30,510 nt of DNA from a virus (lineage: Duplodnaviria; Caudoviricetes): positions 1 to 30,510 of the IMG/VR virus record IMGVR_UViG_3300040971_000040. The stretch is one strand, 5' to 3'. A model generated the notes under the pieces. It was not told where the DNA came from. It did no database searches and was given only the letters and a program-made list of their open reading frames with translations. The position numbers were made by a program, and so were the translations under genes. This document shows positions 1-7,197 of this stretch, piece by piece. The first letter of the stretch is position 1, and each line of letters begins with the position of its first letter.

Positions 1-267
1 ACAATTAAACATACGGTTATTTGCAAGCTCAATAGGTCTTCCGCCAAACTGCATAGACCTCATTGAAGGCAGCACTTTCTTCGGATAAACAAAATCTTTG
101 TAAACGCTCTTAATTTCCCATGTCAATTCAGGATAACGTTTACAATGCATCTCCATGTTGCGAACACACAACTCTTCCCAATTCTCTCGTCTACCAAGTT
201 CAGGGAGGTATTTCGCATACTTATTAAACACCGTAATGTCTGAAAGAATCTTTTGACTAATATCCAC
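1..267 (-). CDS. nrdJ: Ribonucleotide reductase large subunit, N-terminal part (probably class II, B12-dependent); runs off the window
   Basis: Not in the ORF track. GTG at 267 reads MDISQKILSDITVFNKYAKYLPELGRRENWEELC...KKVLPSMRSMQFGGRPIELANNRMFNC; YAKY..RRExW, LPSMR and FNC are RNR N-terminal motifs. The class assignment is less certain than the RNR call. Confidence 0.8.
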   Translation of the reverse strand, partial: MDISQKILSDITVFNKYAKYLPELGRRENWEELCVRNMEMHCKRYPELTWEIKSVYKDFVYPKKVLPSMRSMQFGGRPIELANNRMFNC

Positions 268-269
268 TA

Positions 270-605
270 TTACTCCCCAGCTACAGCGTCATCGTATCCA
301 TCCCAATTGTCTACACCAGCCGCTTCCAACTTAGAGAGTTTCTCGGAAGAGTCTTGGAGGTATTTAAGCATGTCTACATCAATAAACTCTTCAAGGGCAG
401 TTCGTACCAAACACCACTGATGGTCTTTCAAGACAGTTTCGTACCAACCATTATCCCAATATTTTACACGAATAGACAGACGATTAATCCCTGTAATTGT
501 AGCGTGTTTAACCTCCCTTCCTTCAGTAGAAGGAACAAAAGCTGCTACAACATCACCAACACACACCCTGCCACTCTTATGATCGTAAACAGTGTACTTA
601 CCCAT
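270..605 (-). CDS. Hypothetical phage protein with C-terminal LEAAGVDNWDGY motif
   Basis: SD AGGAG upstream; tightly packed in the operon; the GVDNWxGY motif recurs in small phage proteins. Confidence 0.75.
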   Translation of the reverse strand: MGKYTVYDHKSGRVCVGDVVAAFVPSTEGREVKHATITGINRLSIRVKYWDNGWYETVLKDHQWCLVRTALEEFIDVDMLKYLQDSSEKLSKLEAAGVDNWDGYDDAVAGE

Positions 606-792
606 GTATTTCTCCTGACAACTTCTTTATCGTTTCTTTTAAATATGCTAGTTCACCACGGACACGGAAGTAATCAGCGATTATCCCTTCGTTGAGATTT
701 TGCCTTTCTACCAATTTATCGAGTTCTACCCAATAATGCACAGGTTTACCGAGGAACAGTGCAGCCCCATCTAAATTTTCTACCGAAGCCAT
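598..792 (-). CDS. Hypothetical protein (64 aa)
   Basis: SD AGGAG upstream; overlaps the next gene by 8 nt. Confidence 0.7.
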   Translation of the reverse strand: MASVENLDGAALFLGKPVHYWVELDKLVERQNLNEGIIADYFRVRGELAYLKETIKKLSGEIHG

Positions 793-806
793 TATAGCTC
801 TCCTAG

Positions 807-880
807 TGGTGGGGTTAATAGGAGTTGAACCTATATTTCCTGATTCAAAGTCAGGCGTCCTACCATTGAACGATAACCCT
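807..880 (-). tRNA. tRNA-Gln(UUG)
   Basis: Anticodon arm CCTGA-CTTTGAA-TCAGG, T arm ATAGG-TTCAACT-CCTAT, encoded CCA; A1:C72 mismatch. Confidence 0.92.
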
Positions 881-883
881 ATT

Positions 884-968
884 TGGTGGGGAAGGAGGGA
901 CTCGAACCCTCACGGCGTACGCCAAGAGTTTTTAAGACTCTTATGTCTACCTGTTCCATCACAACCCC
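884..968 (-). tRNA. tRNA-Leu(UAA)
   Basis: Anticodon arm AGAGT-CTTAAAA-ACTCT, long variable arm GGCGTACGCC, T arm GAGGG-TTCGAGT-CCCTC, A73 plus CCA. Confidence 0.92.
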
Positions 969-977
969 ACGTTAATA

Positions 978-1739
978 TTATACAGCGTTAGCCATAATCA
1001 TTTGCCTCTCTTCCATAGTATTCTCTGTATACCGAGAACGAGCCCAACCCCCACAAGATTTACAGCGATAACGCTGATATTTACTAACATTAGTGAAGTA
1101 AAACCCTCGTCGTTGAAGATCGCCGCCACACTTAGGGCAGAAAGGGTTGTCTGGATTATCGACCATAACATTAGGATGCTGATCCATCCAAGGAAGAAGT
1201 TTTTCGTACACCTGTTCCAGTGTGATGATGTCCTGAATATTATATGCCACCATCTCGTCCCACGCTTCTGGATTGAATTTCAAACATTCCGCCCACAATT
1301 CAAACCCGGGAAATTTTTTATGTTCACTTTTCTCAGCAACACCAAGATACTTGGCTATATAGGCCAACTTATTCAATTCAAAATTGAACAGCGCCTTAGC
1401 TATAAGACAGGTGTCAACCTGTTTAATAGGGCTGAAGGGTTTAAAGCCAAGCTCAACAGCACGAGATCGGATAACAGGGAGGTCGAACTTCTTACCGTTG
1501 TGTGTAACAACAATGTCTGCAGCATCCAACAATCCAAGTAGAGAACCTACAACACGTTCTTCACTAGAGGAATAGGTGTTCTTTGTGAAGATACGATCAT
1601 TTCCATACCATTTTGCAGCGTAACACATGATGTTACTATGCTGCACAAACTGATTGTATCCAATGTTCTGCTTCCATGCTCGCCATACAAAGGCGAGATT
1701 AGGTGTTGTTTCAATATCCAATATCAATACTTTCTGCAT
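978..1739 (-). CDS. DEDD 3'-5' exonuclease (RNase_H_2/PolB-exo-like) with C-terminal zinc ribbon
   Basis: ILDIETT (ExoI), HNGKKFD (ExoII), YNIQD (ExoIII); C-terminal CPKCGG...CKSCG. Confidence 0.85.
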   Translation of the reverse strand: MQKVLILDIETTPNLAFVWRAWKQNIGYNQFVQHSNIMCYAAKWYGNDRIFTKNTYSSSEERVVGSLLGLLDAADIVVTHNGKKFDLPVIRSRAVELGFKPFSPIKQVDTCLIAKALFNFELNKLAYIAKYLGVAEKSEHKKFPGFELWAECLKFNPEAWDEMVAYNIQDIITLEQVYEKLLPWMDQHPNVMVDNPDNPFCPKCGGDLQRRGFYFTNVSKYQRYRCKSCGGWARSRYTENTMEERQMIMANAV

Positions 1740-2143
1740 TATTTAACCCCTGTACTGCCGAATCCGCCTGTTCCTCTCTCTGTATCATCAAGAGAGTCAA
1801 CAGCCATAGGATATACGAATGGGTAGTTTAAAATTGTAAGTTGGGCGAAGCGTTCACCTTTATCAATAACAACAGCTTCCTTCCCCATATTGAAAACTTT
1901 TACCGCAATCTCTCCTCTATAATCGCTATCGATAATGCCAATATGGCATAGGAGATTTTTCTTAAATCCATGACCGCTCCGAAGGGTAACCAATCCGAAG
2001 TGCCCAAAGGGGATAGCCACAGATGTTCCTGTACGAATCACTGCATCCTCATTTCTAGGAATGTAATAATCGAAATTTGCTTTCAAGTCGAAAGCTGCAG
2101 CTCCTTTGCTTTTCTTCTCTGGTTTATTTCCTACGTACAACAT
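1739..2143 (-). CDS. dut: dUTPase (trimeric type)
   Basis: AAAFDL, RSG, GIIDSDYRGEI, GERFAQL, RGTGGFGSTG motifs. Confidence 0.97.
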   Translation of the reverse strand: MLYVGNKPEKKSKGAAAFDLKANFDYYIPRNEDAVIRTGTSVAIPFGHFGLVTLRSGHGFKKNLLCHIGIIDSDYRGEIAVKVFNMGKEAVVIDKGERFAQLTILNYPFVYPMAVDSLDDTERGTGGFGSTGVK

Positions 2144-2316
2144 TAGAGCGCCTTAACAGGGACATGAGGAGCTTCAAGGTTCGCTCTATCTCCCACTGTA
2201 TAGGCGTAAGGCCGATCAATCAATTTTGTTTCCTGAGTTGTATTGCAATGGGGGCAAGCATAATAGTTACCAGCAGGGCGAGCTTCAATATTTTTGTGGC
2301 AGAAAACACACTTCAT
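2143..2316 (-). CDS. Small zinc-ribbon protein (57 aa)
   Basis: Not in the track. SD AGGAG; MKCVFCHKNIEARPAGNYYACPHCNTTQ...; TAATG overlap with dut. Confidence 0.75.
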   Translation of the reverse strand: MKCVFCHKNIEARPAGNYYACPHCNTTQETKLIDRPYAYTVGDRANLEAPHVPVKAL

Positions 2317-2324
2317 TATATCTC

Positions 2325-2600
2325 CTAGTTGTTATATCCATAAGCTGTTGGTTCAGCCAAACGCATTTCTTTAGCAGCCGAAACTCCAGTATACACCATA
2401 CCCAATTCGCTGCCATCAATATGGGACAAATACTTATTCACTTCATCCCAACACTCTTCTTTAGAACAACCCCTTCGGGTCATATCTTCGATGATGTTGA
2501 TGACAACATGTCCTCGATTATAATTCCGAAGCTTGATACTCTCTACATCATTAAAGGTTGGATAACCTTCAATTTCCTTTACGACTTCTTTTTCTTTCAT
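2325..2600 (-). CDS. Hypothetical protein (91 aa)
   Basis: Start moved to MKEKEVV at 2600 (SD GAGG); the track's longer start lies deep inside the HNH gene. Confidence 0.7.
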   Translation of the reverse strand: MKEKEVVKEIEGYPTFNDVESIKLRNYNRGHVVINIIEDMTRRGCSKEECWDEVNKYLSHIDGSELGMVYTGVSAAKEMRLAEPTAYGYNN

Positions 2601-2955
2601 CGGTTTCCTCTTTACACTTCTCTTCGTGACAAGTACGACAGAGAAGCTGGAGCCCATCCTCGTCACAGAAAAGTCTGTCTATTACGTTGTCCCAACTGTC
2701 GAAACCAGATGTGGGAACAACAGGGATAATATGATCCACCGCTACATTCTTTACTCGTTTAGTCTTTCCGTTCTTCAGGGTGACGACGGCTGAAGCCGGG
2801 ACAACTTCTTTACATAATTCACAGCGATAGAACCCTCTCTCAACTCTTGCCCTAGCCTTAACAGCGTTAACGGGCTTCCATCTCATAGAAGCCTTACGTA
2901 AGATGGATTTAATAAACGAATGAAAAGCAGAATCGCTTAATGTCGTTTGAGACAT
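2569..2955 (-). CDS. HNH endonuclease
   Basis: CELC...VDHIIP...LQLLCRTCHEEK. Confidence 0.85.
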   Translation of the reverse strand: MSQTTLSDSAFHSFIKSILRKASMRWKPVNAVKARARVERGFYRCELCKEVVPASAVVTLKNGKTKRVKNVAVDHIIPVVPTSGFDSWDNVIDRLFCDEDGLQLLCRTCHEEKCKEETDERKRSRKGN

Positions 2956-3179
2956 TAGCTCCCAATTACCTTTTTCAACCCATTAAGAAGTTGAAATGCT
3001 TTTTCTTTTTCCGAAGAGAGCCATTCAAGTTTAGTTTGAATTTTAAATTTCTCTTCAGTCAATCTCGCGCTTTTATCAACCATCTCATCAATACCCTTCT
3101 CCACTTCGAAGGCTTTATTCTGGAGTTCTTGGTAAATAATATTTACCCGATCACTCCCTGTCTTTTCAAATATAGCCAT
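2955..3179 (-). CDS. Coiled-coil hypothetical protein (74 aa)
   Basis: Start MAIFEK at 3179 after SD AAGGAG; E/K-rich heptads. Confidence 0.7.
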   Translation of the reverse strand: MAIFEKTGSDRVNIIYQELQNKAFEVEKGIDEMVDKSARLTEEKFKIQTKLEWLSSEKEKAFQLLNGLKKVIGS

Positions 3180-3181
3180 TA

Positions 3182-4015
3182 CTACTCCTTCAACTCCCAC
3201 ATTACAGGTTTCCCTTCTTCGTCTAATTCCCTGACCATCCACACCAATCTTGCTTGCTCTAACATTCGTTCTTTTCCGTCGTCCTTGTATATAGTATTAT
3301 ACGAATCTAAAACGATTTTGTGACATTCTTCCTCTGTTAAAGCGTCTTTTAGTAGTTCATAAGCCTTTAAATCGGCTGTTCCCTTTAAACCGGGGATATT
3401 ATCTACCGGATCACCCATTAACATCTGAGCATAAAACCATTTCAATCCTGTACCACGACACTTATATTTTGTATAAGGTCGTTTATCTGGGTTTTCGGGG
3501 ATAACAAGTCGAGATGATAATTCGAGCCATCCAAGTTCAGTAACAACCTCCGGTCCCCATTCTTCTTGGCCTCCTCTACCCCACGTATAATGCCAGCCAG
3601 GGATTTGGCGTAAATCTTTGTCTCTTGAGCATATAATAGTGGGAGTGTCTTCTGAAGAGCGGGCAGTCTGAAATATTGCCAAGCCATCGTCAGCTTCGTA
3701 CCCATCACAAATAATAGTGTCCCATGCGACCGGAATATACGCCCGAATGTTGTCGTAGTGGAAAGGTCTTGTTTCATGCTTCCTATTTCCCTTGTAAGGC
3801 TTCGTTACAGCGATGTCATACCGAAAGTTGTTATCAGTGCTAAGGAAGATCAGAGGGGGCTCTGTGGCCCTTACAGCCTCACATATGGACAATATGCTCC
3901 CGTGTAAAAGACCCTCAACGTATTCAAACGGAGCCACACCCCCGGACATCCAAGCTACTTCTGCTGCTGAAGCCGCCTCATAAACTAGCAAATCGCCATC
4001 AATAAGAGGCTTCAT
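3182..4015 (-). CDS. 5'-3' exonuclease (T7 gp6/FEN-like)
   Basis: LIDGD, YKGNR, EADD, SRDKDLRQIPG, GDPVDNIPG motifs. Confidence 0.95.
   Translation of the reverse strand: MKPLIDGDLLVYEAASAAEVAWMSGGVAPFEYVEGLLHGSILSICEAVRATEPPLIFLSTDNNFRYDIAVTKPYKGNRKHETRPFHYDNIRAYIPVAWDTIICDGYEADDGLAIFQTARSSEDTPTIICSRDKDLRQIPGWHYTWGRGGQEEWGPEVVTELGWLELSSRLVIPENPDKRPYTKYKCRGTGLKWFYAQMLMGDPVDNIPGLKGTADLKAYELLKDALTEEECHKIVLDSYNTIYKDDGKERMLEQARLVWMVRELDEEGKPVMWELKE
3295..3325 (-). promoter_or_regulatory. Phage promoter motif, copy 1 (inside the exonuclease gene)
   Basis: TGTCACA-AAATCGTTTTAGA-TTCGTATAATA; same 13-nt spacer as the three other copies. Confidence 0.7.
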
Positions 4016-4176
4016 CTTTTTACAACCCTAGAATGACAACATGGGCATTTCGCTGTTGGAATATAATCTTCACCATCCCATACAGCAGTCGCAGGAACAT
4101 AATCCTCCCATTCATCAAAGTGAAGCACATCTTTATCCAATATAACTCCGCAATGTTGGCAACTAATTAAATTCAC
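4012..4176 (-). CDS. Small zinc-finger protein (54 aa)
   Basis: Not in the track. GTG start with SD AGGAGG; MNLISCQHCG...KCPCCH; ATGA overlap with the exonuclease. Confidence 0.75.
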   Translation of the reverse strand: MNLISCQHCGVILDKDVLHFDEWEDYVPATAVWDGEDYIPTAKCPCCHSRVVKR

Positions 4177-4343
4177 TCTTCCTCCTTTATAAAACCGTTA
4201 TCCAAAGCCCATTCTTCTAAATCCTCTTTTCGATACACCTCATGAGGATTTAGGTTGTTTTGAATCCAATTTATAGCGGTATCTAAGAGTTCGGGATGAA
4301 AAATATCCGCTACAAACCTTCTGTATTCATCGTATGTCGGCAC
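4173..4343 (-). CDS. Hypothetical protein (56 aa)
   Basis: Not in the track. GTG start, SD GGAGG; MPTYDEYRRF...EEWALDNGFIKEEE; GTGA overlap. Confidence 0.7.
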   Translation of the reverse strand: MPTYDEYRRFVADIFHPELLDTAINWIQNNLNPHEVYRKEDLEEWALDNGFIKEEE

Positions 4344-4347
4344 TTGC

Positions 4348-4491
4348 TTATTCCTCCATCATAATATAAATTAAGAACCATTTTACAGCGAGAGTAAAAG
4401 CTATAAATTTGGCCCCGTCAGCCGAACCTGGGAAGGACGCTAGAAATACTGCACCAACAACACATAGACACGTAATAAGTACCTTATTCAT
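4348..4491 (-). CDS. Small membrane protein (47 aa)
   Basis: Not in the track. MNKVLITCLCVVGAVFLASF...FIAFTLAVKWFLIYIM; SD GGAG; ATGA overlap. Confidence 0.65.
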   Translation of the reverse strand: MNKVLITCLCVVGAVFLASFPGSADGAKFIAFTLAVKWFLIYIMMEE

Positions 4492-4643
4492 TCTCCCTCC
4501 CCTATATAACCTAGCCCACTACAAATATTACAATCTTCAAAATCATATATCGGAATGAAGTTAAGTTCATGGCATTCTTCTTCATTCACTAGAAAACTAA
4601 GAAGCCCCGTTCCCTTACACACTGGGCAGATATAAGCTTTCAT
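4488..4643 (-). CDS. DnaJ-type zinc-finger protein (51 aa)
   Basis: CPVCKGTG...CNICSGLG (two CxxCxGxG); start MKAYIC at 4643. Confidence 0.7.
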   Translation of the reverse strand: MKAYICPVCKGTGLLSFLVNEEECHELNFIPIYDFEDCNICSGLGYIGEGE

Positions 4644-4644
4644 A

Positions 4645-4791
4645 TTAAGACCAACCCGGTTGAGCGTCATCATAACCTGTATCATAACCAAGTGCTATCC
4701 ATTCACTACGTCGCTCATCCAGCCAGTCATCAAATTGGTCAAGTGTCATATTACCATCTCTTATGCTTTCAAAAACTATTTCTGGGTACAT
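4645..4791 (-). CDS. Acidic hypothetical protein (48 aa)
   Basis: Not in the track. SD AAGGAG; MYPEIVFESIRDG...GYDTGYDDAQPGWS. Confidence 0.7.
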   Translation of the reverse strand: MYPEIVFESIRDGNMTLDQFDDWLDERRSEWIALGYDTGYDDAQPGWS

Positions 4792-4801
4792 AATTCTCCT
4801 T

Positions 4802-4817
4802 AGGGGCCGAAGCCCCT
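4802..4817 (-). other. C(UUCG)G tetraloop hairpin without a U tract
   Basis: AGGGGC-TTCG-GCCCCT directly before SD AAGGAG. Confidence 0.6.
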
Positions 4818-4821
4818 TATA

Positions 4822-5208
4822 TCATCCGTGAATCCAAACATGGTGCTTTGCACATAACCAGATAACATCAAGGGGTTCGTTATAATCATCGTGATGCGCC
4901 TGAACATTGCTAGCACCGCAGATTTCGCAAAGACCCTTAATAAGCTTACCGTCACGTATCGCGTTCCCAACCGCAGTCTGCGCTTTATACTTCTCTGGGT
5001 TCCTTTTACGGTATTGTGCCCGTGTGCCCCATTCTCTTATTCTACTACGCTCATACTCTTCGTAGTGCTTGATATTCTCTCTTCTGTTCTTACGGACATC
5101 TAATCGAGCACATAGTTTACACTTATTCAAGTGCCCATCGGACATCTCACTATGACGGTAAAACTCAGTAATCGGCTTTGTATTACCACATTTAAAACAC
5201 TTCTTCAT
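4822..5208 (-). CDS. HNH endonuclease with N-terminal zinc ribbon
   Basis: CFKC...CKLC, then CEICG...AHHDDY...WLCAKHH. Confidence 0.85.
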   Translation of the reverse strand: MKKCFKCGNTKPITEFYRHSEMSDGHLNKCKLCARLDVRKNRRENIKHYEEYERSRIREWGTRAQYRKRNPEKYKAQTAVGNAIRDGKLIKGLCEICGASNVQAHHDDYNEPLDVIWLCAKHHVWIHG

Positions 5209-5209
5209 A

Positions 5210-5884
5210 TCAGAAGGGGGCCGAGTCCATCTCGTTCATATCAGCCCGAGGAGCTTCAGGAGGTGCGTCCTGAACAGGAGCACCAGCACCATTAAGTAGA
5301 CGATCAAGCTTACTGCCAGGGAATTCGAGATTGGCTTTAATCTTAGCCTGCAAGAACTCAGGAAGAGCGAGAAAGATTTCCTTATCCGGGTTGGAAAGGT
5401 CGAAGATTTTAGGATTGTTCTTGAGCTCCGGGTAGGATCGACGGGGAGAGGCCGGGCTAACCATCGAAACATTGGCGTAGATGTTGCCATTCTTCTTAGC
5501 AATGTTGTGAGCGATAGTGACATTACAAGGCATCCCAACCATTTTAATAAGATCACCATTGCATTCCCCCTTGGGATCAATCGCCATAATACGCTTGGTA
5601 GACTTGGCCTTATCAGCCTTCAAGTTGTTAAGAACAAAACTCTCACCAACCCATCGAGGCTTCTGAGGGTCTTCATTCCCATCCTCATCCTTGATGAAAA
5701 TATCAAGCAGTTCGTATGTAAGATTCACTTCGTTTCGAGGAGCTTTCTCCTGTCCCATATATTCCTGTGGCTGCAAGCCAAGATCAATCACCTGCACAAG
5801 ACGAGCAGGGTAAGTGTCAACTGGAATAGGTTCCTGCTTAGGTCCACCACCGCCCATAGGTACAGTTGTTGCATTCAAAGCCAT
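5210..5884 (-). CDS. Putative single-stranded DNA-binding protein
   Basis: Lies between Pol and exonuclease; beta-rich core; flexible acidic tail ending DSAPF; SD AGGAG. Confidence 0.6.
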   Translation of the reverse strand: MALNATTVPMGGGGPKQEPIPVDTYPARLVQVIDLGLQPQEYMGQEKAPRNEVNLTYELLDIFIKDEDGNEDPQKPRWVGESFVLNNLKADKAKSTKRIMAIDPKGECNGDLIKMVGMPCNVTIAHNIAKKNGNIYANVSMVSPASPRRSYPELKNNPKIFDLSNPDKEIFLALPEFLQAKIKANLEFPGSKLDRLLNGAGAPVQDAPPEAPRADMNEMDSAPF

Positions 5885-5900
5885 GTGTTATTCTCCTTTG

Positions 5901-6050
5901 TTAGTTCTTTGTTACAGGGGCTACGTTAGTGATGTTTCCGCATACGGTGCATCGAGCACCCTTCACACACTTGTTATGTACTCGCATATCCTTACCATGT
6001 GCCTTGTCCTGATAGTCATGTTCACATGTACACTTCTTGATAATAGCCAT
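5901..6050 (-). CDS. Small Cys/His zinc-binding protein (49 aa)
   Basis: Not in the track. MAIIKKCTCEHDYQDKAHG...RVHNKC...RCTVCG; SD AGGAG. Confidence 0.75.
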   Translation of the reverse strand: MAIIKKCTCEHDYQDKAHGKDMRVHNKCVKGARCTVCGNITNVAPVTKN

Positions 6051-6051
6051 A

Positions 6052-6291
6052 TTATTCTCCTTTGTAGCGTCTGTAAGTTCTAATTAAATCGTCCATAACA
6101 ACATCCAAAACTAGAGCTTCGGTCTCTGTAAGTTCGATATTTAAATCGCACATTGAATCTAGTTTACTTTCGGTTATCCCGATATGATCTACAACTGTTT
6201 CGTATAATCTTCGACGTCTCTTAATATCCCATAAGAGGTCAAATACGTATGGAAGATCCTCAGTGAGTTTCTGCCCAGTTTTTCCCGACAT
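6052..6291 (-). CDS. Hypothetical protein (79 aa)
   Basis: SD AAGGAG; overlaps the end of Pol exon 2. Confidence 0.65.
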   Translation of the reverse strand: MSGKTGQKLTEDLPYVFDLLWDIKRRRRLYETVVDHIGITESKLDSMCDLNIELTETEALVLDVVMDDLIRTYRRYKGE

Positions 6292-6412
6292 CGCTTTCTC
6301 CTTTATGTGGACATGCTATTTTATAAAAGTTTCCAGCCCATACAATACATTCTTCAGCCAACTTTGCAAAATCTTGTGCTATACTTTCGTGTACCTCCGC
6401 TTGGAATTCATC
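6260..6412 (-). CDS. polA: DNA polymerase A, exon 2 (50 aa)
   Basis: DEFQAEVHESIAQDFAKLAEECIVWAGNFYKIACPHKGESDVGKNWAETH-stop; supplies the DE of motif C and the T7-like GxNWAETH C-terminus. Confidence 0.95.
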   Translation of the reverse strand, partial: DEFQAEVHESIAQDFAKLAEECIVWAGNFYKIACPHKGESDVGKNWAETH

Positions 6413-7197
6413 CTTTATGTTCAGGTTGTGGCGCTAATACAACCCCGCTTACGCTGCTTTATGTTACCATAAAGAACAGACTATATCACCATCTCACTAT
6501 GAGATGCTCCCCATTTCGGATCGCTTGATCCTACGAGCTTACGCTCTAGTCGTTGAACCTTCCTAGAATATATAATCTTTAGAGATATGATTCCAAGTCC
6601 TATGAGCCTTAATAGGTCGAATCAATGTATGATAAGGATACCCAGTCATATCTCTAATACACGCAGCAGAACAACCCTCTTCCAACAATAGGCAAATCTC
6701 ATGCACCCAATATTCACATGCAACAGCTCTACCGTTATTAACCCCTGAATTGTTTTTATTCCCGGAGTCCCATGTTTTTTGGTTGTTCTCGGATTTAGAA
6801 AGCCATTGTAGGTTTACAAGACGGTTATCGTGACGGCAATTATTAATATGGTCTACTTCATAACCATGCCCTATATCTGAATAATCGCCTAACCAAGCAA
6901 TAGCCACTATTCTGTGAACACTCATAGTGACCCATCGATTGTTTATCTTTACCCAGACAATCATATAACCTTTATCAGTACGTCTCTCAGATATAAACTT
7001 CATCTGCTTAATAGAATATATCCGTCCGTCTTTGTAAACACGATAGTCATTCCAAATTGCGTATTTCATTCTGTCTCCTGTTTTTGGATTATTCATCCGT
7101 TATATTCTAGGCTTGGCTGCTGATTGTCCACAAGGGATTTCCCAGCAATTAAAGGAGTTATTCGATGTGTGTCACCACACAAAGCCACAATTTATTT
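6413..7197 (-). mobile_element. Group I intron (IA2-like, 785 nt) in DNA polymerase motif C
   Basis: Exon 1 ends in U (CAU) and the intron ends in G. P1 CCAU^AA pairs with UUGUGG with the U-G wobble at the splice site. Core elements P AATTGCTGGGAA, Q AATCAGCAG, R GTTCAACGACTA, S GATATAGTC; extra P7.1/P7.2 hairpins. Confidence 0.95.
6563..7069 (-). CDS. Intron-encoded HNH homing endonuclease
   Basis: VHRIVAIAW...EVDHINNCRHDNRLVNLQWLSKSEN. The ORF is enclosed by an 11-bp stem CCTAGAATATA/TATATTCTAGG (P6a). Start 7069 has SD AGGAG; alternative start 7096. Confidence 0.93.
   Translation of the reverse strand: MKYAIWNDYRVYKDGRIYSIKQMKFISERRTDKGYMIVWVKINNRWVTMSVHRIVAIAWLGDYSDIGHGYEVDHINNCRHDNRLVNLQWLSKSENNQKTWDSGNKNNSGVNNGRAVACEYWVHEICLLLEEGCSAACIRDMTGYPYHTLIRPIKAHRTWNHISKDYIF

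Noticed and set aside
807-968. Suppressor tRNA or genetic-code reassignment
   Set aside because: Anticodon UAA reads Leu UUA and UUG reads Gln CAA; genes end normally at TAA, TAG and TGA
806-991. 61-aa plus-strand ORF
   Set aside because: It is the reverse complement of the two tRNA genes
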